The notes below the pieces were generated by a model that had not been told where the DNA came from, made no database searches, and saw only the letters and a list, made by a program, of their open reading frames with translations. From Akkermansiaceae bacterium (GTDB lineage Bacteria; Verrucomicrobiota; Verrucomicrobiia; Verrucomicrobiales; Akkermansiaceae), in the NCBI GenBank assembly GCA_947462835.1, contig CANHQM010000006.1:52115-116114 (forward strand): 64,000 bases of DNA, read 5' to 3'. The translations under genes were made by a program, and so were the position numbers. Positions 48,311-56,549 of the stretch are shown here, piece after piece; positions within the stretch are counted from its first letter, which is position 1; every line of letters starts with the position of its first letter.

Positions 48311-49063
48311 TCAAACCAACTGCTCGCGCGCAACGGCGGAGGCAAAGTCGCGGTTGAGTCGGGCGATGTGCTCGACGCTGATTTCCTTCGGGCAAGCGGC
48401 TTCGCACTCGTATTGATTGGTGCAGTTGCCGAATCCTTCGGAATCCATTTGGCGTACCATCGCGAGCACGCGCTTGTCGCGCTCGGGCTGCCCCTGCGGA
48501 AGATGGCCGAGGTGCGAGACCTTGGCACCGACAAACAGCATCGCCGAGGCATTCTTGCACGATGCCACGCAGGCACCGCAGCCAATGCAGGCGGCAGCAT
48601 CGAAGGCGGCATCCGCATCAGGCTTGGGAATCAATGTCGCATTCGCATCAACCGCCGAACCGGTGCGCACATCCACATAACCACCGGCGGCGATGATGCG
48701 ATCAAAGGCGCTGCGATCGACCATCAGGTCGCGAACGACAGGAAACGGATTGGCGCGAAACGGCTCGATCCAGATGGTGTCGCCATCGGAAAATTTCCGC
48801 ATGTGCAGTTGGCAGGTCGTCACGCCGCGCTCCTTGCCGTGCGGGATGCCGTTGATCGTGAGCGAGCACGACCCGCAAATGCCTTCGCGGCAATCGTGAT
48901 CAAAATGAATCGGCTCCTCGTGTTTTTTGATGAGCCCCTCGTTGACGATGTCGAGCATCTCTAGAAACGAGGCCTCGGCGGGGATGTTTGGCGCATCGTA
49001 AGTCTCTATTCTGCCTTGGGCGTTGGGCCCGGACTGCCGCCAAACTTTCAGTGTCAGGTTCAT
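48311..49063 (-). CDS. sdhB: succinate dehydrogenase / fumarate reductase iron-sulfur subunit
   Basis: [10 protein letters not shown] (2Fe-2S), [11 protein letters not shown] (4Fe-4S) and [12 protein letters not shown] clusters. Start [10 protein letters not shown] at 49063; the longer ORF to 49135 is an over-extension. Confidence 0.85.
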   Translation of the reverse strand: MNLTLKVWRQSGPNAQGRIETYDAPNIPAEASFLEMLDIVNEGLIKKHEEPIHFDHDCREGICGSCSLTINGIPHGKERGVTTCQLHMRKFSDGDTIWIEPFRANPFPVVRDLMVDRSAFDRIIAAGGYVDVRTGSAVDANATLIPKPDADAAFDAAACIGCGACVASCKNASAMLFVGAKVSHLGHLPQGQPERDKRVLAMVRQMDSEGFGNCTNQYECEAACPKEISVEHIARLNRDFASAVAREQLV

Positions 49064-49384
49064 TGGAAAATTTCTGGTGAAGAGTCGGTTCACGGCCTGT
49101 GATATGCCTGCCGAACCACGCCGAAATCTAACCATCCCTTGCCCCGGGGCTAGGACAAAATTTCCATTTTAGCGGTAATTTTACCCAGCATGCCTCTTAC
49201 CCAATTCCCCGCTTCCAAAACGATCGGACATGCGGGAATTGATCCACGGATTCCATGACGCCTTCACGGGTGAGCAACCCCAAAGCATACACTTTGAATG
49301 CATCGAAGCGAAAAAACATCGCCCGTTCGCCCCACAACAACGCTTGCCACTTGACGCGGGCGCATAGGGATTGTTGCTTCCGCC

Positions 49385-49732
49385 ATGTTCCGAGAGGTTC
49401 TGAAGTCCAAATTGCATCGGGCCATGATCACAGGCTCCGATGTCGAATACGAAGGCAGCATCGAGATTCCCACCGATCTGATGCAAGCCGCCGACCTCTG
49501 GGCTGGGGAAAAAGTCTTGGTCGCCTCCATCACCACCGGTGCGCGGCTCGAGACCTATGTGTTGGAAGGAAAGCCCGGCACTGGTCACATCATGATCAAT
49601 GGCGGCGCCGCCCACCTCATCAAAGCGGGTGAGCGAGTGGCCATCATGGCCTTCGCACTTTCAGAAAATCCCGTCACGCCAACAAACCTGCTCCTCGATG
49701 AGAAAAACAACATCATCCGAGTGAGCCGATAA
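49385..49732 (+). CDS. panD: aspartate 1-decarboxylase
   Basis: KSKLHRAMIT and YEGSIEI (Gly-Ser self-processing site), INGGAAH. 115 aa. Confidence 0.92.
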   Translation: MFREVLKSKLHRAMITGSDVEYEGSIEIPTDLMQAADLWAGEKVLVASITTGARLETYVLEGKPGTGHIMINGGAAHLIKAGERVAIMAFALSENPVTPTNLLLDEKNNIIRVSR

Positions 49733-49827
49733 ACCGGAACACTGGCGGCAAATGACGAGCGTCGTCCTCTTCACCATGGCTGGAGCGTCTTGCTCCTAAT
49801 TTTGCGAGGTCAAATAGATCACCTCTT

Positions 49828-49996
49828 CCTAAGGAGGCACGACACTCCTGTCGTGCACTTCTGCAACATCGAAAGGAAAGAGCAGCACCGACACCATCGC
49901 CGCAGGTGCCCAGGCGGAGTCGGCGCCCTGAGGCCGCGTCGCCCTAACGGTGTCGATCAAGGGAAGAGCACGACAAGAGTGTCGTGCCTCCTTAGG
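49828..49996. mobile_element. MITE-like non-coding element, copy A (169 bp), terminal inverted repeats with nested hairpins
   Basis: Left arm CCTAAGGAGGCACGACACTCCTGTCGTGCACTTCTGCAAC (49828-49867). Right arm GAAGAGCACGACAAGAGTGTCGTGCCTCCTTAGG (49963-49996). The reverse complement of the right arm matches the left arm with 2 mismatches. Each arm contains GCACGACA-N4-TGTCGTGC. Confidence 0.6.
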
Positions 49997-50032
49997 CAGA
50001 TTCTGTTCCCTACCCCGCTCAAAATTCCACCA

Positions 50033-52195
50033 TCAGCCGCGGCGGAGGCTGATGACGGTGGCGCGGAATTCGCCGCTCAGGTCGAGTTGCAGGGATTTGC
50101 CTTTGAGGCTTGCCGAGAGGCCTTGTTTGGCCGGCCAAGTCTCTTCGATTTTCCAGCCACTTTCGGCGAGTGGGATTTGCACTGACTTCGGAAATGCCTT
50201 GCCGAAGGTGTGAGCGACGATCAGGGCGCGCTTGCCATTTTTCGAAGTGCGCAGCACGGCTTGCCAGCCTTGTGGGTGACGCCAGCTTTTTCCTGTCTCA
50301 CCGTGGAAAGTGGAGTGACCGTCGCGGATGATCGGAAAGACGCGGCGGTAGAGTTCCATGGAGGAAACGCTGAGTTTCCACTGCGCGGGTGAAAGGTCGT
50401 GCACCTCACCCGAGAGGCACATGCGTCCGAGGAAGGTGGCGGCGAGCGAGTAAGCAAGGCGCTGTGCGGTGTCGTTCTTGCGCAGCACCGCCCAGATCTG
50501 CGACTGGCGCGGCAGGATGAGGCGCTGGAGGTTAGCGCCGATGATCGGGATCTCGCGCGTCTCGTGAGCGTCGGAAAACGACCCCATCGCGCAGAGCGCC
50601 ATCATCGAGGGCTCGAGACGGTGACCGCCGGACGAGCAATTTTCGATGACGAGATCGGGAAGTTCCTCGCGCAGTTTGCGGAAGAAGCTCTGCATGCCTT
50701 CGAGGTGTTGCCGCAGGCCTTCGCCGGGTGATTCCGCGCCATCGACGCCGAAGCCGATGGTATCGTTGTAATCGACCTTGAGATAGCCGATGCCATTGTC
50801 ACGAAGAAGGTGAATCACCTTTTTGGTCAGATAATCAGAGGTAAAGGGATCGCGGAAATCCCAGAAGCGGCGGCCGCCGACCTGCAGCACCCGTCCATCG
50901 CGCTGGAGATGGTGGTCGGTGAGATCAAAGGCCTTGGAACCCGGATTGCAGACCTCAAACTCAAACCAGACGCCGGGGATGAGTCCGTGCTCGCGGATCG
51001 CTTGGCAGGTGGCGGCGAGACCATCGGGAAAGGCGCGTTTTTTGACGATCCAATCGCCATTGGATTGCAGCGCGGCCTCACCGGGCCGCTCGGCCCAGCC
51101 ATCGTCGATGACGAGATACTTCGCCGGAGTTCCTTGCAGACGCTTGGCAAGCGCGAGCAGATTTTCCTGGGTCGGATTTCCCCAGCTCGTGCACCACTCG
51201 TTCACTACGATGGGCAGCTCATTTTCGATCTTTGGCAAATTTGCCAACGGGCCTTCCTGCGCGGAACTGATCCGCTGCGCGAGTTGATCGATATTACCCT
51301 TGATGCAGCCGATCGTGGCAACGGGCGTCTCGTAGGTTTCGCCTGCTTTCAAAGTTTTGAACCAATGCCCGAATTCACGGTCGGCCTGTCCTCCCGATAT
51401 CGCGACGAAATCGTCCCGGCGAAAGACCTCCATCTGCCATGAGCCGGGAGAGGCGAGTTGTGCACCCCACAGCACGCCGGCCTCGCGATCCTCGAGCGCG
51501 ACGAAGGGAAAAAATCCGCGCACCGGCATCGAGCCGACCTGACCAAATCGTTCGCAAGCGTTGCCGTGACCGATCCAGGAGCGCTCGAGTTGCAGATCCT
51601 CGATGCCTTGCGTGTCGAGGCGGCCTTCAGCACTCCAGGTCGAACGATAGCGATGCACCGCCAAACGATTCGGCGCGTCGTCATGAGCGTAAGGCGTCAT
51701 GCCACCGAGCGAAAAACTGCTGAGCATTTCAAGGGTCACTGGTTTCTTGCCGGCATTGCGAACGCTCACGCGACTGGAAAAAACCGGCACATTCCCCTGC
51801 CACGAAAGTTGATGCTCGCAGCGCAAGCCCGAGGGGTGCTTGAGCGTGGTGATGACGCTGGTGCTGCCGTTCTTTTTCTGAACCTTCTGACCGATGAATT
51901 CGAGAACGGCCGTCGAGTGCCCCGCGCGCATCGTGCGTCCCTGTGAAAAGGACCCGCCGTAGATGTCCTCCATGCACTTGAGTTGCACAAGTGAGTCCAG
52001 TGCCCACGCACGCATCGGTTGCCACATCGCCGGCAGGCCCACGATCTCGACATCCGGTGGCAGAAACTCGCGGTGCTTCACCGGCGCGAGAGACTTCGGA
52101 TGAAGCGAGAGCTGCGGCGCGCCCTTGCCTTCGGCGGGTGCGTCGAAACGGATGATCGTGTCGCCGACGGTGAATTTCGAAAGGAGTTTGGTCAT
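50033..52195 (-). CDS. glycoside hydrolase family 36-like alpha-galactosidase
   Basis: YLVIDDGW, GYLKVDYND and ENCSSGGHR blocks correspond to the GH36 KxDxN and CSGGG(G)R regions. 720 aa. Confidence 0.7.
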   Translation of the reverse strand: MTKLLSKFTVGDTIIRFDAPAEGKGAPQLSLHPKSLAPVKHREFLPPDVEIVGLPAMWQPMRAWALDSLVQLKCMEDIYGGSFSQGRTMRAGHSTAVLEFIGQKVQKKNGSTSVITTLKHPSGLRCEHQLSWQGNVPVFSSRVSVRNAGKKPVTLEMLSSFSLGGMTPYAHDDAPNRLAVHRYRSTWSAEGRLDTQGIEDLQLERSWIGHGNACERFGQVGSMPVRGFFPFVALEDREAGVLWGAQLASPGSWQMEVFRRDDFVAISGGQADREFGHWFKTLKAGETYETPVATIGCIKGNIDQLAQRISSAQEGPLANLPKIENELPIVVNEWCTSWGNPTQENLLALAKRLQGTPAKYLVIDDGWAERPGEAALQSNGDWIVKKRAFPDGLAATCQAIREHGLIPGVWFEFEVCNPGSKAFDLTDHHLQRDGRVLQVGGRRFWDFRDPFTSDYLTKKVIHLLRDNGIGYLKVDYNDTIGFGVDGAESPGEGLRQHLEGMQSFFRKLREELPDLVIENCSSGGHRLEPSMMALCAMGSFSDAHETREIPIIGANLQRLILPRQSQIWAVLRKNDTAQRLAYSLAATFLGRMCLSGEVHDLSPAQWKLSVSSMELYRRVFPIIRDGHSTFHGETGKSWRHPQGWQAVLRTSKNGKRALIVAHTFGKAFPKSVQIPLAESGWKIEETWPAKQGLSASLKGKSLQLDLSGEFRATVISLRRG

Positions 52196-52729
52196 GAGAA
52201 AATAGGGCTATTGCCGAAGTGATTCTGTGGGAGTTTTACGGATGCAGTCAAAGGCTAAAGGGAGATCAAGGAATCGAACAAAATCCCGCCTCATCGGACA
52301 CAAGGGTTTTGAATGCGTTTTACGATGCGGAAACGAAATCGGCTGCAAGCGCGTTGTTGGGGTGGCGATACAGAATATCCGCGATAATCGCGCGGACGCT
52401 CTTCGTCTAAGGAACCGCTGATTAGAGCATTTTGCTCAAATCTGTAGCCGGTGGATGGGGTTAGGTGTGGTAGATTTGCGGCTTCGCCGGCTTTGAAAAA
52501 ACGGAATCCTTGTCCATGGCTGCGTTGTCACTCAGTCGTGGATGTCTATCCACTCCATCGCAACGCCTTGCCCTGGCCAAAATCTTCACGCTCCACCGGC
52601 TACACCTTTTCGCAAACTGCTCTAAACCCAAAATCCGAAGTCGACCTTTCATTCGGATCATTTCAACTTCCGCTTCTTCACCGTGGCGGCAATCGAGAAC
52701 GCGAGGAGCCGCTGCGCTGGTGTAAAATA

Positions 52730-52763
52730 ATAAGGTCACCCTCGTTGCCAAGGGTGACCTTAT
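52730..52763 (-). terminator. rho-independent terminator downstream of the PEP-CTERM fragment
   Basis: Perfect 13-bp stem ATAAGGTCACCCT / AGGGTGACCTTAT with an 8-nt loop. On the minus strand it is followed by TATTTTA. Confidence 0.6.
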
Positions 52764-52789
52764 GGTAAGAAATTGGAACAAACGGTTCT

Positions 52790-53105
52790 TTAGGCCACAC
52801 GACGGCGGCGGATCAGCAGCAGGTTCGCGATGCCACCAAGGACCAGCGCGAAGGAAGATGGCTCGGGGATGGCTGTGATGTCGCGGACTTGAAAGGCATT
52901 GATCTGGGCATACTCAGGGCTGGTATAGGTAAAGACCTGAGTCGTTGCATTTGCCGTGAAGGTGCAAACGACAAATTGACCTAGCCCGCCATTGTTCCCG
53001 CTCACATTATATTCCACCCATCCAGTTGTGCTTCCGCCGCTGGTGATCGTTCCTCTTCGATATTCGAGATGTTCCCGCGACTCGTTCGTCCAACTCTGGA
53101 AGAGA
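52790..53105 (-). pseudogene. 3' fragment of a PEP-CTERM sorting-domain protein gene (no signal peptide, no credible start)
   Basis: The C-terminus IPEPSSFALVLGGIANLLLIRRRRVA is a canonical PEP-CTERM anchor. Only about 100 aa of ectodomain precede it. The ORF N-terminus (to 53296) is antisense to the AraC fragment. Confidence 0.6.
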
Positions 53106-53113
53106 TAATCATC

Positions 53114-53305
53114 ACAGGTCTGGCTCCGGCGCGGTTCCAGATGCTGCGTCGCATCGAACAGGCCTGCACTTTGTTGAGAGAAGGCGAGTTGCCGATCAAG
53201 GAAATCGCGGAGCTCACCGGCTTCGCCGACGAGTTTCACTTCTCCAAGCGCTTCCGGCAAATCGTCGGTCACCCCCCGGGGCGGTTCCGCGAACACGCGG
53301 GCTAG
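53114..53305 (+). pseudogene. 3' fragment of an AraC-family regulator gene (second HTH only)
   Basis: LAPARFQMLRRIEQACTLLREGELPIKEIAELTGFADEFHFSKRFRQIVGHPPGRFRE matches the C-terminal half of the AraC HTH domain. The first HTH and the sensor domain are absent. Confidence 0.6.
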
Positions 53306-53317
53306 AACGATCCCCCC

Positions 53318-54151
53318 CTACTGCGTTTTCTCAAGGGTGAAAAGGACCGCATCGTGCGGCGCGATGGTCAGCATGGCATTCCCGTTGCCGATCTGTTCGA
53401 TCGCCCCCTTGAGTATCCGACCGATGGCGAATCCCTCGCTGAATACGGCCCGTGTGGTTTGGGCGCTTGCGGTGTGATTGATCACCACCGCAACGGAGTG
53501 CTCCGAGTCGATGGGATGCTCGGTTACCGCGAGATGGGGAGATTCGATTTCCAATCGGCGGAGCGACGGCTGCGATTTCGCGATCTCCTGATACACCTTC
53601 CAATAAGGGGGGGCCTCCGCGTCAAAAGTTCCGGGTAGTTGTGTCAGCGCCGTTTCGATCGGGGCTGCGAATACGATGATCTGCCCCTTGCCATGGTGGT
53701 TTTTCCAAAAAGCAGGGCTGCCATTGTCGCTCCGTACTCCGAGAACCTCCGCCTCGACCGCATTCACGTCGACTTTATCCGCTCCAAGCAACGGGAGCAC
53801 CGACCCTTCGGCGTCGGATAAGCTGACGCTGGCGAGGCCCGTAGGCTCAGCGCGCGTGACGAGTTCCACTCCTGCGACCTCATTGAAGTGGGGCACGATC
53901 CCATCGCCCAGTGAGAGATACATGGTGGCGCCGTCGCGCATTCGGGAGAGCAAGTCCCTCCACTGGCGACGCGGGATGCAATTCATGCCGGTGATGCTTG
54001 GCAGCAGATAGATCGGAGCCTCGGGGATCGATTGGTCGATGTGGCGAAAGTCCATTTCCAGTTTTGCCTGTTTGCCGAGGACAAATGCCCCGTAGGCTGC
54101 CGCCCAGTTGTCCTGCCCATGGGTAAGAAGACAGACGGCCCGCTCAATCAA
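53318..54151 (-). CDS. GH42 beta-galactosidase trimerisation/C-terminal-domain-like protein lacking the catalytic TIM barrel
   Basis: AVCLLTHGQDNWAA...IYLLPSI...GATMYLS...VAGVELV...GSPAFWKNHHGKGQIIVFAAPIE follows the GH42 middle (GATase1-like) domain pattern, then a small beta C-domain. The TTG start overlaps the upstream TGA as TTGA. Confidence 0.45.
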   Translation of the reverse strand: MIERAVCLLTHGQDNWAAAYGAFVLGKQAKLEMDFRHIDQSIPEAPIYLLPSITGMNCIPRRQWRDLLSRMRDGATMYLSLGDGIVPHFNEVAGVELVTRAEPTGLASVSLSDAEGSVLPLLGADKVDVNAVEAEVLGVRSDNGSPAFWKNHHGKGQIIVFAAPIETALTQLPGTFDAEAPPYWKVYQEIAKSQPSLRRLEIESPHLAVTEHPIDSEHSVAVVINHTASAQTTRAVFSEGFAIGRILKGAIEQIGNGNAMLTIAPHDAVLFTLEKTQ

Positions 54152-56403
54152 GAGCCGGATTTCAATTCAAACTTTGCGCGGATGCCGAAGATCGGATGCG
54201 ATTGAAGTTTCTCCCAACCGTCCATCGAGCCGTCGAGCAGCTGGCGGGACAGCGCCCAACGCAGCGGTTGATATTTTGCCCATTCGGGATCGGCTTCGCG
54301 ATTCCATGCCTCAATCTTTTCGCGGCGCAGGGCGGCGGTCGGATCGTTTTCTGCCAGCGCCACGCGCTGGACATAAAGTGCCTCGGGCGAGCCGGGATAC
54401 TCGGGCTCGAGCAGGATCATGTTGGCAAAGGCGGAGGCGAGGTAGTCCCAGCCCTGCTGTTTGCAAAGTTGATAGCGGTAGAAGAGAAAATCGACATTCT
54501 GCCGTTCTTCCTGGCGGCCGATGCCGAACTGCGGCGCGGCTTCCGATCCGCGCGCAAGGATGTCGAGCGCGGCCTGAAACTCCCCTTTCCCGCAGAGCTC
54601 TGCGAACTCGCCGAAGAATGATTCCTTGTAAAGAAACCACGCGGTGCTCGCTCCTTCGGCAATGCTCAGCAGCGGTTCCTTGAGGAGCGTGCGCACGGAG
54701 TTCCAATCGCCATCGAGCAAAGCAAGGTTGGCCTGCGCGAGGCGGCAGTCGTCGGTGGCGCGGGTCTCGGCCGAAGCATTTTGCCAGAGGCTCTTGCGAT
54801 CCTCATGCCGCCCCATGCGCGAGAGCATCTGATCGGCTGTCGAGATGAGATGGGTATCGGCATAGCCTTCGCCGACCGAGCGGCGGATTTGCTCCAAGGC
54901 CTCGGCAGCCTTGCCTTCGTTTTCCGAAAGTTGCGCAAGGAAATGGTTCGCGTAGGCCGCCGTTTCGCCGCCGACGTCGGCAAGGCCAGTGAGCAAAGCG
55001 CGCGCTTTGGCAGGCTCGTTGGCATTGATCAATGCCACGGCCAGTGCCAAACGCGCATCGTCGCCGAGATCGTTTTCCTTTTCCGAAAGCAAACGGATCC
55101 ATTCATCACCACCAACCCAACCGAGTTCGATCGCGCGCGAAATTTCGCTCTCATCGAGTTTGCCGGTGAGGATGAGCTTTCTGGAAATCGCAAGCCGTTC
55201 GTCCTCGGCGATGAGCATTTCGGATTTCGTGATCCGCCAGAAGGCAGAGTCATTCCATGCCGCCCAATCCTTGCCGGTTTTCTCGATGCCGCGTTGCTCG
55301 AAGGCAGAGAAATTTTGCGCGTAGTCGGTGGCGGTCGATGCGCCTTGCGCGCCGCAGAATGATTCGGTCCAGCTGATGCTCTCGCCGGCCTTGAGGATGC
55401 CGGTGTCGGGCTGGGTCGGCAGCAGACCGCATTGGATCTCGGCATAAGGCACCCAGTTGGGCTCGGCGAGCAACTGCCAGAAAGATTGGTGCACGCCTTG
55501 ACTGCCAAGCGACCAGAGCTTGCGGCCCTTGCAGATGCCGCGGTCGGCACGGTGGACGAAACTCCAGCCCTCTTTCTCGTTGGTGTAACCCATGAAGTCG
55601 GAGGCGGTGTTGGTCAAATATCCCGAGACCACCTCGTGCTGGTGCAACCACTGCGACCAATCGACTCCATGCACCATCGGCCATTGATGAAATTCATAAC
55701 CCTGGCGGAACATCGCATGATGCAAAAAGTCGCCCGGCGCCATCATCACCCGATCGCGCCACTGCTGCGGCACCGCGATGCAGGTCCACCAATAGAGGCT
55801 CGGCTGGTCCTTGCCGGAATGGTTGGTGATGGTCATGCGCGAGACCAGCGTGCCTTTTTCCAGCGTGAGAATGACTTCCCAACCGCAGCCGAAGAGCTCG
55901 TCGAAGGCGCCCATCGCGATCGCCTCGCGGCCATCGGCGAGCGTCACCTTGCGGGTCTCGATCGTCGAGATGCCGTGGACATTGTGGCCGTAGCGGAAAG
56001 GATTGAACTCGATGCCGCCAATGCTCCAAGGCCCGGAGAGCGAAAGGTTGGCGAGCGGAAGACTCGGTGGCGTCCAGAGGAGTTGGCGGTTGAGCTTTTT
56101 GTCGAAGATCTCCATCACCCGACCGGCGATCGAGGGCATCACCGTCACCCGCGCAAACTCATTCTCCAAGCGCACCACCGGCAGTTCCCGCACCTCGAAG
56201 TGACCGGGATAATCCATCGCCTTCTTGTAAGGAAACGCCGATGTCCAGAGGTTGCGGTGGATCGGCTGCAAGTGCTTCGGCACACCTGGCGCGGGGTGAT
56301 AGGGAAACATCTCCTCGTCGTGGTTGACGCGTGGCGCGGAGAGGCGCTTGCGCTCGGTGTAGGGACGAAGGTGGAAGGCCTGGGTGGTGTGCTGGATGGT
56401 CAT
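54148..56403 (-). CDS. DUF5107-like (mutarotase-like supersandwich) protein with C-terminal TPR-like helical repeats
   Basis: The N-terminal about 400 aa is beta-rich with VVRLENEFARVTVMPSIAGRVMEIFDK and SIGGIEFNPF blocks remembered from DUF5107. The C-terminal about 350 aa is helical-repeat. ATG 56403 is preferred, giving a 146-nt divergent gap to the regulator. Confidence 0.55.
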   Translation of the reverse strand: MTIQHTTQAFHLRPYTERKRLSAPRVNHDEEMFPYHPAPGVPKHLQPIHRNLWTSAFPYKKAMDYPGHFEVRELPVVRLENEFARVTVMPSIAGRVMEIFDKKLNRQLLWTPPSLPLANLSLSGPWSIGGIEFNPFRYGHNVHGISTIETRKVTLADGREAIAMGAFDELFGCGWEVILTLEKGTLVSRMTITNHSGKDQPSLYWWTCIAVPQQWRDRVMMAPGDFLHHAMFRQGYEFHQWPMVHGVDWSQWLHQHEVVSGYLTNTASDFMGYTNEKEGWSFVHRADRGICKGRKLWSLGSQGVHQSFWQLLAEPNWVPYAEIQCGLLPTQPDTGILKAGESISWTESFCGAQGASTATDYAQNFSAFEQRGIEKTGKDWAAWNDSAFWRITKSEMLIAEDERLAISRKLILTGKLDESEISRAIELGWVGGDEWIRLLSEKENDLGDDARLALAVALINANEPAKARALLTGLADVGGETAAYANHFLAQLSENEGKAAEALEQIRRSVGEGYADTHLISTADQMLSRMGRHEDRKSLWQNASAETRATDDCRLAQANLALLDGDWNSVRTLLKEPLLSIAEGASTAWFLYKESFFGEFAELCGKGEFQAALDILARGSEAAPQFGIGRQEERQNVDFLFYRYQLCKQQGWDYLASAFANMILLEPEYPGSPEALYVQRVALAENDPTAALRREKIEAWNREADPEWAKYQPLRWALSRQLLDGSMDGWEKLQSHPIFGIRAKFELKSGS

Positions 56404-56549
56404 GAAACTCAATGGAATGAATGCGTCTGATTTCAGCACCATGATGCCGCATGCCGCTCGATCAGCAATTGCAACTTTTAAGATAAAAGTACATTTAATG
56501 ATCAATTTCAAATTGCCATCAAGGGGGCAATCTGATGGAGTGAAGCCAC
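56404..56549. promoter_or_regulatory. AT-rich divergent control region between the XylR-like gene and the DUF5107 operon
   Basis: Contains the palindrome GCAATTGC (56465-56472) and the inverted repeat ATTGCC-N8-GGCAAT (56512-56531). No promoter boxes could be assigned confidently. Confidence 0.3.

Noticed and set aside
48116-48416. Small ORFs (62 and 91 aa) in the smc-sdhB spacer
   Set aside because: They are translations of the heptamer array and hairpin, and one runs into sdhB antisense. There are no coding features.
55432-56430. 332-aa ORF antisense to the DUF5107 gene
   Set aside because: Shadow ORF with Arg/His/Leu-rich composition, fully contained within the larger and better-supported minus-strand gene.
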